Part shown: piece by piece, positions 21,415 to 32,083 of the stretch | Layout of the letters: each line of letters opens with the position of its first letter | Position numbering within the stretch: position 1 is the stretch's first letter | From: an uncultured Methanoregulaceae archaeon | Lineage (GTDB): Archaea > Halobacteriota > Methanomicrobia > Methanomicrobiales > Methanospirillaceae | Reading direction: 5' to 3' | NCBI GenBank assembly: GCA_963841015.1 | Contig: CAWJAX010000005.1 | Span: forward strand, 416,001-480,000 | Length of the DNA: 64,000 nt | Notes under the pieces: generated by a model | Told to the model about the DNA's origin: nothing | Database searches by the model: none | What the model saw: the letters and a program-made list of their open reading frames with translations, nothing else | Translations under genes and position numbers: made by a program

Positions 21415-22539
21415 TCAGGACGGCATGTTCTTTTTAACATATTCAAACACACCTTTCCTGTCATACATGTGCTCAAGGATATAATTGTGAACAAGGGCAT
21501 ATTTTTCATATCGGGAAAAAAGCTCCCTGTACGCGTTCAGCCTGGAATTGTAATCTGAAACAAGGGTATTATGAACGGCTACCTGCGCGTTGTAACTGTT
21601 ACTATTTCCGGTATTTCGTATCTCCTGGATTTGTAATTTAAGCTGTGCAATTTTTTCCTTTTGGTAAGTTAGATCAGACTCCATGTTTTTTACCTCGGGT
21701 TCGAGTTCCTTTACTTTCAGGTCCGACAGCACATACATATCGTGAATATGCCGGGTCTCACTTCCTCGGGTGTAGAATTTTGTGCCATTGCTGATGGGGA
21801 TTATAACAGGATCTGAATACAGGATCAGGTTTCCCCCCAGTTTTTCTGTCGGCACCCCGACAAACGAATAATTGGTAGTTTCAATAAAGGTATAGCCAGT
21901 GTTTTTGTAGAGATATTTGTCTGATCCAACTCCAACTGCCATATGAGATTCAGGTACGAACAGGAGCAGGGCGACCGGATACCCTTCCCGTGACAAGAGC
22001 CCGGCTAAAAGCAGGCTTTTGTCATCGCAGTCCCCTGCACGGTCAACAACTGTCTCTACAGGAAATTTTGCCGGGTTCTGCTCCCTTGTTTCATACCTGA
22101 GGGACTGGGTATAGACGGTGATGAGTTCGAAATATTCGTCATCGGAAAGTTTTTCCTGGAGCTTGATTTTGTCAGCTTCTGCCAGAATTGCGCTATAGAG
22201 GCTGTCCTGTGATGGATCCTGTACCATTGCACGGTAACTTTGAGCAAGCCAGACTGTTTCTGAGATATTACCATACACCGTTGTGGCCTTTTCTGCCTGC
22301 CTTGCCCCCTCATAAACCGAAACATTGATGGGAACTGTCAGGAAGATCGTAGTTTTTTCGAACGGGAATTGATGGGAAATAATCATCGGGGATGACCGGA
22401 GACTGGTGAGATCGGGAGCAATATGAGGCGCAATTACCGCTTCTTTGGGAAAAACAACGGAACTTATCAGCACCGCTGTTAATACCAGGATAATAATGAA
22501 TAAACATGCACCCATGAGTTGGAGAAACCGGTTATACAT
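21415..22539 (-). CDS. Membrane-anchored transglutaminase-like cysteine protease domain protein
   Basis: N-terminal TM helix; GDCDDKS, HMAVGV, FIETT (Cys-His-Glu); coiled-coil C-terminus. Confidence 0.7.
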   Translation of the reverse strand: MYNRFLQLMGACLFIIILVLTAVLISSVVFPKEAVIAPHIAPDLTSLRSSPMIISHQFPFEKTTIFLTVPINVSVYEGARQAEKATTVYGNISETVWLAQSYRAMVQDPSQDSLYSAILAEADKIKLQEKLSDDEYFELITVYTQSLRYETREQNPAKFPVETVVDRAGDCDDKSLLLAGLLSREGYPVALLLFVPESHMAVGVGSDKYLYKNTGYTFIETTNYSFVGVPTEKLGGNLILYSDPVIIPISNGTKFYTRGSETRHIHDMYVLSDLKVKELEPEVKNMESDLTYQKEKIAQLKLQIQEIRNTGNSNSYNAQVAVHNTLVSDYNSRLNAYRELFSRYEKYALVHNYILEHMYDRKGVFEYVKKNMPS

Positions 22540-22576
22540 TATTCACGCTTTATACCCGTATTGTTTGTCTGATATA

Positions 22577-23344
22577 TTACAAAATATCCTCTAACTGAGC
22601 AATTGAATCAATAATAAAGCCGGGTTTAATCACCGCATTATCCAACGCCTCTTTCCGGTATTTTCCCGTTCGGACAAGTATACCCTGCATACCTATGGAA
22701 CGGGCTCCGCCAATATCGGTGAGAATATCATCCCCTATCATTGCCACCTGGTCAGCACGGAGTCCCATATCCCGAAGCGCAAGCTCAAAGAACGTTTTTG
22801 AGGGTTTTCCCACGATCATCGCTGTCCTGCCGGTTGCAAATTCGAGAGCCTGGACAAACGGACCTGCTGAAAGTGAGAGACCCTCCGGCGCCATCCAGTA
22901 CCGATCCTTCTCCAAGGCAATCAGGTCAGCGCCGTTCATCAGATGACGAAAAGCAGTGTTCATGCTGTCATACGTTATTTTATCGCCGGCATCACCCACA
23001 ACAACCACATCGACTTTGCGGGAATCGTCACCGGTGCATTCCTGTTCAAAATCCTGGTAAGCGTCGCCCGTTATCATAAGGTAACAATGGTGCTTTCCGG
23101 TCTTTTTCATCCAGGTGACAGCAGCGAGCGGGGGAGTGAAGATGTGCTCGACAGGAATGTCAAATCCCCGCTTTGAGAGCTGCTCCGCAACAGTTTTGCG
23201 GCATTTACGGGTAGTATTGGAAACAAACCTGAACTGGTATTTTTGGTCGCTGATAAGTTCGATGGATTCCCGGGCGCCTTTGACCGTCTGGTCTCCAACA
23301 TATAAAACACCGTCAAGATCGATGAGAAACCCTTTTACATCCAT
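22577..23344 (-). CDS. HAD-superfamily class IIA hydrolase
   Basis: DLDGVLY, SNTT, GKPS, MIGDD..TDI.GA, VRTGKY. Confidence 0.9.
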   Translation of the reverse strand: MDVKGFLIDLDGVLYVGDQTVKGARESIELISDQKYQFRFVSNTTRKCRKTVAEQLSKRGFDIPVEHIFTPPLAAVTWMKKTGKHHCYLMITGDAYQDFEQECTGDDSRKVDVVVVGDAGDKITYDSMNTAFRHLMNGADLIALEKDRYWMAPEGLSLSAGPFVQALEFATGRTAMIVGKPSKTFFELALRDMGLRADQVAMIGDDILTDIGGARSIGMQGILVRTGKYRKEALDNAVIKPGFIIDSIAQLEDIL

Positions 23345-23727
23345 TCTTTCATCCCACCTCCAGAACTGCCGAAATCCAGTCAGGATACTGTATCGAACAC
23401 TGGCAAATAAGGTATTGTTCTCTGAATCAGAAATATTATCGGCCAAAACTTATCAGTCAGACACTTCCTGCCTTGACGAGAATTTAGCGTTAACGGATAA
23501 AGTGGTGAAGAGATTGTTGAATGGGATTTCCATAACTATATTGAGTTACTCAGCAATGAACATTAAAAACGTCTCTTTCTGTTAATCAGATGACCCTGGA
23601 TAAAGGGAATCCGGAAAAAGGATTTTCAGGCAGTTTACCTTTGCATACATTTCAACCTGAGGCTGATTACTTTCACCCCACACGGATGGATAATTTAAAT
23701 CCCTGCCAACATTTTTGTATTCAGACG

Positions 23728-24810
23728 ATGTCGGCCACCCCTGCTCCCGCGCGGATTGGTTCCCTCTGGCAGCAGCGCCTGGACTCGATGAGGGAATACG
23801 AAGTCGTCCGTGATGGCAACGTTTTTGCAACCGGCTTTGCAAACAGCATGGTCTTTTCCTCAGATTATGAAAAGGCCCGTGACCATCTTGATGGACTCGT
23901 AACGAAGTACCGGAACGTGAGGTTTGAAGACGTCTTTTCGGGAAGTGAGATAGTCAATGAAAGCGGGGCCTGCTTTTTTCAAAAAACCAGACAGGATATC
24001 AGGATCCCGGCGCTAGATATTGACCGGTTCAGGTCAGAAATCTTAAAAGACCTTACCCTTGTGCATGGTATCGGACCAAGAACACAAACACGACTGAAGT
24101 CGAAAGGATACCAGACATTACCTGATCTGGTGCAGCACCCGAAATTCCGTTCACCGGCAAACGATGTGCTGAAATGCCTGCAGGGTGGTAGTTCAACAGA
24201 AATTATGGATTTAATTGGCTACAGGCATGCAAAATCCCATCCGGGAGTTCTGGGGGCGGCTGGACTCCACGAACCGGAAGATTACGTATTTCTTGACATT
24301 GAAACTCTCGGTCTTTTTTCCCGCCCTATTATCCTTTTTGGGGTGGGTAAGGTAGAGAATGGCAATCTCAATGTCCACCAGTACCTGCTCCGCGATATCA
24401 GTGAAGAACAGTCGGCACTGACCGCGACAATTGATCATCTGTCCGGAGAACAACCGGCACTGATAACCTTTAATGGCAAATCGTTTGACGTTCCTTACAT
24501 CTTGGACCGGCTTGCTTACTATGACATGGGTAATTTTGGCAGAATACCTCACTTCGATGTTCTTCACTTCAGCCGCAGGAGATGGAAAGACCGTCTCCAG
24601 TCCCTTCGACTGGCCGCGCTTGAAACGGCCATCCTTGGCATCCGCCGTGATGACGATATTCCGGGGCAGATGGTGCCGGAATTCTATGAAACTTACCTGA
24701 GAACAGGGAACTGCGGACCCCTCGTTCCCATTATTGAACACAATAAACAGGACGTGGTCTCGCTCGCACTACTCTTTTTTTACCTGATGGGGGAGTTTTA
24801 TGGCTGTTGA
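23728..24810 (+). CDS. RNase H-like (YprB/MrfB-type) exonuclease with HhH-like segment
   Basis: FLDIETLG, TFNGKSFD.P, HFD.LH, HNKQDV; LVHGIGP HhH-like motif; start uncertain (23590 or 23728). Confidence 0.82.
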   Translation: MSATPAPARIGSLWQQRLDSMREYEVVRDGNVFATGFANSMVFSSDYEKARDHLDGLVTKYRNVRFEDVFSGSEIVNESGACFFQKTRQDIRIPALDIDRFRSEILKDLTLVHGIGPRTQTRLKSKGYQTLPDLVQHPKFRSPANDVLKCLQGGSSTEIMDLIGYRHAKSHPGVLGAAGLHEPEDYVFLDIETLGLFSRPIILFGVGKVENGNLNVHQYLLRDISEEQSALTATIDHLSGEQPALITFNGKSFDVPYILDRLAYYDMGNFGRIPHFDVLHFSRRRWKDRLQSLRLAALETAILGIRRDDDIPGQMVPEFYETYLRTGNCGPLVPIIEHNKQDVVSLALLFFYLMGEFYGC

Positions 24811-27109
24811 TGATGTTCTCCGTCTCCTTGAGGTTAACCCCGTATACCGGAACCGGGTAGTGCATGTAGAAACAATCATACCGGTCCCCCCCCGTTTTGG
24901 GAAACTCCGGGTACTTCTTGGCGATTCGCTTGAATCGTATCTTGGACAGCATCGGATTCAACTCTACTCTCACCAGTGCGAAGCGATAAACCGTATACGG
25001 TCCGGGAAAAATGTGATCATCACCACTCCGACAGCCAGCGGCAAAACTCTTGCTTTTAATCTTCCGGTATTTGATTGGCTTGAATCAGACCCGGAGGTAC
25101 GAGCCCTTTACCTGTACCCGACAAAAGCCCTCTCCAACGATCAGCTTATTACCCTTGAACAGATGGCGAAATTCACCGGTATATCAGCACGGCCGGCTAT
25201 CTACGATGGTGATACCCCTCAGTCAAAAAGGGCAGCGATTCGTGAGAACTCACGAGTCATCATCTCCAACCCTCATGAACTCCACCAGGTGCTGTCCTGG
25301 CATGCGAAGTGGCGCCCGTTCTTTTCTCACCTGAAATTTATCGTGATAGATGAGGCGCATCGATACCGGGGAGTCTTCGGATCTCATATTGCTTTGCTAA
25401 TCAGGAGACTTGTGCGCCTGTGCCATTTTTATGGCTCCTCCCCACAGTTCATTCTCTCGACAGCAACTCTTGCTAATCCGCTGGAGTTTGCCGGCAAGCT
25501 TACAGGACAGCAATTCGATCTTGTGGATGAGGACGGTTCTCCCCACGGGAGGAAACACTTTGTCCTCTACAACCCTTTTTACGATGGTATCGGTGAACGC
25601 TCCACGTACCAGGAGACAAAAGATATCCTGGTGTCCTGTGTGAAAGAGGATCTCCAGACACTTTGTTTCACCGGGTCCCGGAAAATGGCTGAACTTATTA
25701 CCCTCTGGGCCCGGGAAGATGCACGTCGCTCATCTGCCCGTCTTGCAGAATCGATATCAGCCTACCGTGCCGGCTATCTTCCCGAAGAACGGCGCCGTAT
25801 TGAACGCAGCCTGAAAGAGAGTGCCATGAAGGGTGTCGTTTCAACGAACGCACTTGAACTCGGGATCGATGTTGGATCGCTGGATGCAGTCATCATTGCC
25901 GGCTATCCCGGTACAATGATGTCGACCTGGCAGCAGGCAGGGAGGGCCGGGAGGAAAGGGGGTGATTCACTCGCGATCCTTGTTGCTTTTGCAAATCCAC
26001 TCGACCAGTATTTCATGAACCACCCTCAACACTTTTTCAGCCGATCGCACGAGCATGCGATCATAGATACCCGAAATCCTTACATTGTTTCCGGGCACCT
26101 GCTCTGCGCTGCTGCCGAACTGCCCCTCAGAGATGACCCTGATCGCGAGTATTTCGGTGAGCTGTTTCCTGAGCTCCTCTCTGAACTTGCGTCCAGTGTT
26201 CTTATCAGAAAAACAAGCCGGGGATGGGTATATTCCGGACGGGGAAGAGCCGCGGATGCAGTGAGGCTCGATGGCATTCCCGGTTCAACATTCCGTGTCC
26301 TCTGCCATGGCCGGCTGCTCGAGACAATGGACCGGGCGCAGGCATATCGTGAAGCACATAAGGGAGCGATCATGTTGCACCAGGGAGAGACATATGTTGT
26401 CAGCGAAATGGACCTGGAGACCAATACCATCCGGGTAACAGCGACCGACGTGGATTACTACACCCAGCCGCTCAAAGAGGTTGATCTCTCGATTATTGAG
26501 ACCCTGAAGACCTGTCTGGTACAGGGTGCGCGGTGTGCATTTGGGGAAGTAGAAGTAACGGAACGGTATACCGGCTACAAAATCAAGCGCAAAGACACTA
26601 TCATCGGTTTGGAACCCCTTGATCTGCCTCCGATCACTTTCAGGACAAAGGCGTTCTGGGTTATACCCGCACCGGACACCGAACAATGTGTTAAACATTT
26701 AAACCTCGATCTCGCTGGCGGGCTGCATGGCTCTGAACACGCGATAATCGCTCTCATGCCCATGCATGTTATGTGTGATCGATGGGACATCGGCGGATTA
26801 TCGTCTCCGGCGTTTGGTGAGAATTGCGAACCGGTGATTTTTGTCTATGATGGTTATGAAGGGGGGATTGGGCTTGCAGAGAAAGCGTACGAGATTCTTC
26901 CCGATGTGTTTTTGACTGCACATGCACTGGTCCGTGACTGCGGGTGTGAGGATGGGTGTCCTTCCTGCATTTACTCGCCCAAATGCGGGAATGATAACCA
27001 GCCGCTCGATAAAAAAGGAACAATACTGATCCTCGAGGATTTGTGTGCTCTTCAGGAAAAAAGTGAATGTTCCCGATTATCTGCCGAACCCGGCCAGGCA
27101 ATTCCATAA
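24800..27109 (+). CDS. DEAD/DEAH-box helicase with DUF1998 zinc domain (MrfA/Hrq1/SftH family)
   Basis: TPTASGKT, DEAH, STAT, TNALELGID, QQAGRAGR, C-terminal C.C..GCP.C...PKC. Confidence 0.92.
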   Translation: MAVDDVLRLLEVNPVYRNRVVHVETIIPVPPRFGKLRVLLGDSLESYLGQHRIQLYSHQCEAINRIRSGKNVIITTPTASGKTLAFNLPVFDWLESDPEVRALYLYPTKALSNDQLITLEQMAKFTGISARPAIYDGDTPQSKRAAIRENSRVIISNPHELHQVLSWHAKWRPFFSHLKFIVIDEAHRYRGVFGSHIALLIRRLVRLCHFYGSSPQFILSTATLANPLEFAGKLTGQQFDLVDEDGSPHGRKHFVLYNPFYDGIGERSTYQETKDILVSCVKEDLQTLCFTGSRKMAELITLWAREDARRSSARLAESISAYRAGYLPEERRRIERSLKESAMKGVVSTNALELGIDVGSLDAVIIAGYPGTMMSTWQQAGRAGRKGGDSLAILVAFANPLDQYFMNHPQHFFSRSHEHAIIDTRNPYIVSGHLLCAAAELPLRDDPDREYFGELFPELLSELASSVLIRKTSRGWVYSGRGRAADAVRLDGIPGSTFRVLCHGRLLETMDRAQAYREAHKGAIMLHQGETYVVSEMDLETNTIRVTATDVDYYTQPLKEVDLSIIETLKTCLVQGARCAFGEVEVTERYTGYKIKRKDTIIGLEPLDLPPITFRTKAFWVIPAPDTEQCVKHLNLDLAGGLHGSEHAIIALMPMHVMCDRWDIGGLSSPAFGENCEPVIFVYDGYEGGIGLAEKAYEILPDVFLTAHALVRDCGCEDGCPSCIYSPKCGNDNQPLDKKGTILILEDLCALQEKSECSRLSAEPGQAIP

Positions 27110-27121
27110 TCCGGGGAATTT

Positions 27122-27355
27122 TCAATCGATAAGTATTACACGATGTTCCGGGTTCTCCGGCTCATCATCAAAGATAAACAGATCATCTATCCCTGCATGC
27201 AGGGTACGGGCAACATCGTGTGCGAGCCTGAGGGATGGATTATACTTTCCCTGCTCTAAAAAGACGATTGTCTCCCGTCGAACGCCCACTTTTTTGGCGA
27301 GGTCGTCCTGAGTCATGGATAAGCGGGAACGGTACTCTTTTATTCTTGTCTGCAC
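27122..27355 (-). CDS. XRE-family helix-turn-helix transcriptional regulator
   Basis: [25 protein letters not shown]; GTG start with GGAG upstream. Confidence 0.9.
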   Translation of the reverse strand: MQTRIKEYRSRLSMTQDDLAKKVGVRRETIVFLEQGKYNPSLRLAHDVARTLHAGIDDLFIFDDEPENPEHRVILID

Positions 27356-27376
27356 GGGTATACACTCCAAAATATG

Positions 27377-27772
27377 TTATTCAACATCCCCTCTCTTGAA
27401 CAGGTACATCTGATAAAGCACGGCAGATATTGCAAGCACCATCAAGGAGAGCGCGAGTACAACCTGTGTTCCTAAACGGAGGATGCCCGTGATGTCCAGC
27501 CAGTACAATACTGAAATAAATATAATTCCTGTCAGCCAGGCATAAGAGAGACCATAGGCGCCAATTTTTTTCGATCGCTCATCGGATTCGGGACCATCCT
27601 TATATTGGTGGTGTCGAAGGATTCCAACAACCAGAAATGCACATCCTCCCGTGATGAGAATCATGCTGAAAATAGATCCGCCCGGTTCGAAAACGGAACT
27701 AATGAGGCCGCTCACCAGCATAAGTGTACCGATAATGATACGGTAGAAGTTTCTTTGTAGCATTTTTCCCAT
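27377..27772 (-). CDS. Membrane protein (DUF2178-like), partner of the XRE regulator
   Basis: Four hydrophobic segments, DERS motif. Confidence 0.65.
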   Translation of the reverse strand: MGKMLQRNFYRIIIGTLMLVSGLISSVFEPGGSIFSMILITGGCAFLVVGILRHHQYKDGPESDERSKKIGAYGLSYAWLTGIIFISVLYWLDITGILRLGTQVVLALSLMVLAISAVLYQMYLFKRGDVE

Positions 27773-27778
27773 ATCCTT

Positions 27779-27828
27779 TGTTATCTATTTCTAACATTCA
27801 GGATTATAAATGTTATCTATTTCTAACA
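27779..27828 (-). promoter_or_regulatory. Two identical 18-bp operators flanking a TATA box
   Basis: TGTTATCTATTTCTAACA at 27779-27796 and 27811-27828 (TGTTA-N8-TAACA); TTTATAAT on the minus strand between them. Confidence 0.75.
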
Positions 27829-27889
27829 CGACATCCATGGAATCCATACGATAATTTCAGGATTACTAAGGGAAAAAGAGAGAGAAAAA

Positions 27890-29542
27890 TTATTCCTGGA
27901 CGATTGATCGCACGGACAAAAACACCGGCCCCCGTACATCCACTTTTTTGTTGTTGTCGGTTACTGCCCGCATCGCGAATTCATCAATTATTAAGTTAAT
28001 GTCACTCGGGAGTTTTGCCATCTTTACCTGGACAACCGTGGATTTTTTACAACGGGCGCTCTCTTCAATCCTGGCTGCTGCAAGCGCTGCAACTGCGGAG
28101 AGATACGTTATGCCCGTTGAAATCCCTTCATTACGTACTTGTTTCCACTTTTCCGCATCCGGGACGCCGAGAATCGAGCCGTCGTGGACGAAGATCTCGT
28201 TGGCACATGCCGGGCCACAGAGCTTTGCATTGGATTCCGGCTCTTCGACAGCCACTTTCACAAGACTCCCTCCAAGAGTTCCTTCCCATGCATCGAACGA
28301 GCAGGGTCCTGGTGCAGTTCCATGTGCGGTGGCGATCCGAATAATCGCTGCAGCAAGCATCTTCCCTTCCGGTGATACGGGTTCTTCGCGCAACCTGACC
28401 GCACGGGCGATATCCCGGTTCGTGAGGGTTCTGGGGAAGAACTGGGGGAAACAGAGTTGCCGTACATCGTTTGCATTATATGCTATCATCGCGAGCCGTT
28501 CAACGCCGAGTCCGAGGTTCATGACAGGGACGCCAATACCGTATTCGGCAAGTGCTGAGGGGGAGTACATGCCAAAGGTGGCCACTTCCACCCAGCCATG
28601 TGCCGGGTGTCTTGCGTAGACTTCAGTCTGGGAATCCGGCATATAGTATTTGGAGCGCTTCTCGTCCGGCTGGAACCGGAAATCAGTATACCCGAATGCC
28701 GAGAGGAGTGCCATGCTTACTGCCTTTCCCTCTTCGTTGGTTATGTCCTCCCCTGCTACAATGCAGGACGCAGAATGATAGGTCATAAGGCGTGTCGGAC
28801 CCTCGGCCTGTTCACGACGAAAACAACGGTCGACCGAGAAGAGCCGGAGGGGCATCGGTGTATGTTCCCAGATGGCGCCAAGAGTCATAAACCAGCCGCT
28901 GGTCATATGACTGCGCAGCGTGCTGCGAGAGGACTCAGGGACCAGCGCCCGGAACTCCGGGAAGACTGCTTCAAGGATGTGTACGACAAGTGCATCATCC
29001 ACACCAAGTACCTTTGCCAGCTCTATGGTGAGTTCATCGCCATCTATCTCAGATTTCTTGTAAGCATGGAGGGTTTCACGTAAGCGCTCTTCGGTCTCTT
29101 TTGTCATCGTATGGTACGATGCATGATGATGGCTTTGACCAGCCGGGATCGAATCGTGATGCATGAGCGGACTCCGGTGGCTCTGCAGGATCTCGTTGAT
29201 CTCATCGAGCTGCTTCCTTGCAATTCCGACATTTGGCCTTGGGAGACCGCCGAGATAGAATACGCGGTCGAGCACAGCCATCGCTTCAGGACCAAATTGC
29301 CGGTAGATATCCTTTTCATCGATGATCACCGGGTTTTCAGCTTCGTCAAACCCCAGCGATAAATAGGTCTCGCGCAGCCGGTTTATCGTGGCAAAAACCG
29401 GATGCTCCTGCGCCCTTTTGTAGGTAAGAAACGGGTACTTTCCCTCACTTCCTGCAGGAGTCAGTACCGAAGGCCCTTCATGCCATGCCTCTTCGAAATT
29501 TTCATGCGTCTTTTTCTTCCAGTGTTCAGGATTGAACCTCAT
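27890..29542 (-). CDS. sepS: O-phosphoseryl-tRNA(Cys) synthetase
   Basis: [38 protein letters not shown]. Confidence 0.96.
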   Translation of the reverse strand: MRFNPEHWKKKTHENFEEAWHEGPSVLTPAGSEGKYPFLTYKRAQEHPVFATINRLRETYLSLGFDEAENPVIIDEKDIYRQFGPEAMAVLDRVFYLGGLPRPNVGIARKQLDEINEILQSHRSPLMHHDSIPAGQSHHHASYHTMTKETEERLRETLHAYKKSEIDGDELTIELAKVLGVDDALVVHILEAVFPEFRALVPESSRSTLRSHMTSGWFMTLGAIWEHTPMPLRLFSVDRCFRREQAEGPTRLMTYHSASCIVAGEDITNEEGKAVSMALLSAFGYTDFRFQPDEKRSKYYMPDSQTEVYARHPAHGWVEVATFGMYSPSALAEYGIGVPVMNLGLGVERLAMIAYNANDVRQLCFPQFFPRTLTNRDIARAVRLREEPVSPEGKMLAAAIIRIATAHGTAPGPCSFDAWEGTLGGSLVKVAVEEPESNAKLCGPACANEIFVHDGSILGVPDAEKWKQVRNEGISTGITYLSAVAALAAARIEESARCKKSTVVQVKMAKLPSDINLIIDEFAMRAVTDNNKKVDVRGPVFLSVRSIVQE

Positions 29543-30438
29543 TTCACATGCTCCAGGCAAACTACTCTGCTCAATGCATTCTCATCTTTGATCCGGTAAT
29601 CGCATGCAGCTGCTATCTTTTCGGCAAATGAGCGAACCAGCTTATGCTCCGGCATATTCTCGCGTACCAACCGTTTTCTACTGTATCCCAGATACATATA
29701 TCCCTTCACTTCAACGAACATCGAACCGGACTCCTGAAGGAGAGCTGCGTATTTTTCCGGCTCGATATCGTTCAATCCTTTTACTACCGTGATACGGACT
29801 GCAGAGCGGCGTGATCCGAGAAGAGCAAGACTCTCCTTTACCTGTTCCCAGTAATTGTCAAGCGGTCGACAGAGAGAAATATATGTTTCTTCATCCGGCG
29901 CATCAAGAGAGACATACATCTGGTACGGGTGGCAGCGGGCAAGCATGGTGGGATTTGTACCGTTACTCACCAGAAATGTTGTGTAACCTTTCCGGTTGAA
30001 CAGGTCGATGAGTTCGGGAAGCTGCCGGTAGAGTGTGGGTTCGCCGGAGAGCGAGATAGCCACCTGTTTTGGTTCCAGCGCCTCCTTCCACCGCTCTTCA
30101 GTAACGGTATTATCCAGAACAGCATTATACCCGGCAAGCGCCTTTTTCTGGAATTTTGGAATTCCCGCAAGGATTGTTTCCGGGGAGCACTCTTCTTCTT
30201 CCACCACTTCATGTTCAAATGAGCGCCAGCAGAAACGGCATCGCTGGTTGCAGCGCAGGGTTGGAGTCATCTGGACACAGCGGTGGCTGGCAATCCCGTA
30301 GAACTGGTGCTTGTAGCACATATCGCCGCCGGCAAGCGACCGTTTGCACCACATACAGGGCTTGAGCGCTGCTGATGATGTCTTTGAAAAAAACTGGTAA
30401 CCCTGCCTGCGCAGGGCATCACATGGTTCTGATGGCAT
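29539..30438 (-). CDS. taw1: 4-demethylwyosine synthase TYW1/Taw1 (radical SAM)
   Basis: [40 protein letters not shown]. Confidence 0.95.
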   Translation of the reverse strand: MPSEPCDALRRQGYQFFSKTSSAALKPCMWCKRSLAGGDMCYKHQFYGIASHRCVQMTPTLRCNQRCRFCWRSFEHEVVEEEECSPETILAGIPKFQKKALAGYNAVLDNTVTEERWKEALEPKQVAISLSGEPTLYRQLPELIDLFNRKGYTTFLVSNGTNPTMLARCHPYQMYVSLDAPDEETYISLCRPLDNYWEQVKESLALLGSRRSAVRITVVKGLNDIEPEKYAALLQESGSMFVEVKGYMYLGYSRKRLVRENMPEHKLVRSFAEKIAAACDYRIKDENALSRVVCLEHVK

Positions 30439-32083
30439 CGATTCCCAGCGTTTCGAGGGCTTCTTTCAAGGTATTCTGCACCGCCCTGACCAGTGTAAGC
30501 CGGCGATTTCGGATCATCCCCTCGCTTTTCAGGACCTGTTCGAAATGATAGAACGTGTTGAAGATATCCGCAAGTTCCCGGGAATAGGTGGCAAGTATGT
30601 GAGGGTGGAGCTCTGCTGCGATCTTTTCGATAACTGAGGGGAACTTGGCGATCTGCTTGGCGAGTGCAATCTCCTGCTCCGATTCAAGGTCGTAACATTC
30701 GGTGAATGTGCCTGCCTTCTCAAGAATACTGCAGGCACGGGCATGAGCATACTGTATGTATGGTCCGCTCTGGCGCTCGAAGTCCAGCGCCTCCTTCCAG
30801 TCAAAGACCGTGCTTTTCTCTGGAGTTACCTTTACTATATCATAGCGGATAGCGGCAAGACCGACCGATTTTGCGATTGACCTCCGCGTCTCTTCGTCCA
30901 GTTCCGGTCTCCTGATGGTGACTTCATCAAATGCACGTTTCCTGATCTCCATTATCAGGTCGTCAGCTGAAACGAATTTCCCGGCGCGGGTACTCATAGA
31001 ACCTTCCGGGAGGGAGACAAACTCGAAGTGGACGATCTCCGGAGCTTTATCTCCGAGAAGTTTCATGGTACACTGAAGTTGTGCTGCGATCAGTTTATGG
31101 TCGGCACCGAGAACATCAATGACACGGTCGAAGTTTGCCGCCTTCCATGCGTGGTAGGCGAGATCGCGTGCAGCGTAGACAGAAGTCCCGTCACTCCGCC
31201 GGATAACATATTTATTTGTAAAGCCGAATTCCTCAAGATCAAGAGCAAGGGTCTCTTCATCCCGTGCCTGGGGGAGTTTCCGCAGTTTTGCAATGATCCG
31301 GTCGGTATAGCCATTCCGGATGAAATCGCTTTCCCAGACGAAACGGTCATGCACTACATTGAGATCCTTCATTGTTACCTTGAACCCGTCAAGACAGCGG
31401 GAGACCTCCCGGCGAAATTTTTTTACTGCTGGCGGATCTCCATTTTCTACCAGCTGCATCAGGGTGTTTACCTGGAGGGTTATGGCAGGATCCCTTTCAA
31501 TTTCCCTGTTGGCAGCGATGTACACCCGGGCTATATGGGCATCCTCTTTCTCCCCTGACATTGGGGTGCTGTCAAGGTTATCAAATCCCCAGACAACGAT
31601 CGCAATCTGGCGTCCCATGTCATTGACATAGTACTGCACTTCCAGCCCGTACCCTGCCTTGCGGAACACCCGTGCCAGTGTATCACCGATGATTGAGTTC
31701 CTGATGTGCCCGACATGGAGGGGACCATTCGGGTTGGCACTTGTATGTTCTAAAACAACCCGGACTCCTTTTTTTGAGAGCGAACCATATCCGGGTTTAA
31801 CTGCCTCCTTCAATGCTTCACTGACATATTCTGCGCCGAAAATAAAGTTGATATAAGGCCCTTTTGCTTCAATAGTGATACCCTTGAGTGAGGGGTCTTT
31901 TACCAGCTCAGCTGCAAGGTCTTTTGCGATCAGGGCTGGAGCCTGTTTTCTTTGTTTTGCGAGTGTGAATGCTATGGTTGTGGCCAGATCGGCATGCTCC
32001 CCGCCATCGATAAGTTGTGCGTCTGTTGCACCGGTTTTTTCTTCGATGACTTCACCTATCGTTTTGTATATTTCCTGCAACAT
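30419..32083 (-). CDS. argS: Arginyl-tRNA synthetase
   Basis: EHTSANPNGPLHVGH, MSTRAG, GPYIQYAHARACSIL. Confidence 0.96.
   Translation of the reverse strand: MLQEIYKTIGEVIEEKTGATDAQLIDGGEHADLATTIAFTLAKQRKQAPALIAKDLAAELVKDPSLKGITIEAKGPYINFIFGAEYVSEALKEAVKPGYGSLSKKGVRVVLEHTSANPNGPLHVGHIRNSIIGDTLARVFRKAGYGLEVQYYVNDMGRQIAIVVWGFDNLDSTPMSGEKEDAHIARVYIAANREIERDPAITLQVNTLMQLVENGDPPAVKKFRREVSRCLDGFKVTMKDLNVVHDRFVWESDFIRNGYTDRIIAKLRKLPQARDEETLALDLEEFGFTNKYVIRRSDGTSVYAARDLAYHAWKAANFDRVIDVLGADHKLIAAQLQCTMKLLGDKAPEIVHFEFVSLPEGSMSTRAGKFVSADDLIMEIRKRAFDEVTIRRPELDEETRRSIAKSVGLAAIRYDIVKVTPEKSTVFDWKEALDFERQSGPYIQYAHARACSILEKAGTFTECYDLESEQEIALAKQIAKFPSVIEKIAAELHPHILATYSRELADIFNTFYHFEQVLKSEGMIRNRRLTLVRAVQNTLKEALETLGIDAIRTM

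Noticed and set aside
27779-27828. Direct repeat as a mini-CRISPR
   Set aside because: Only two 18-bp copies with a 14-bp spacer that is a TATA box; no cas genes
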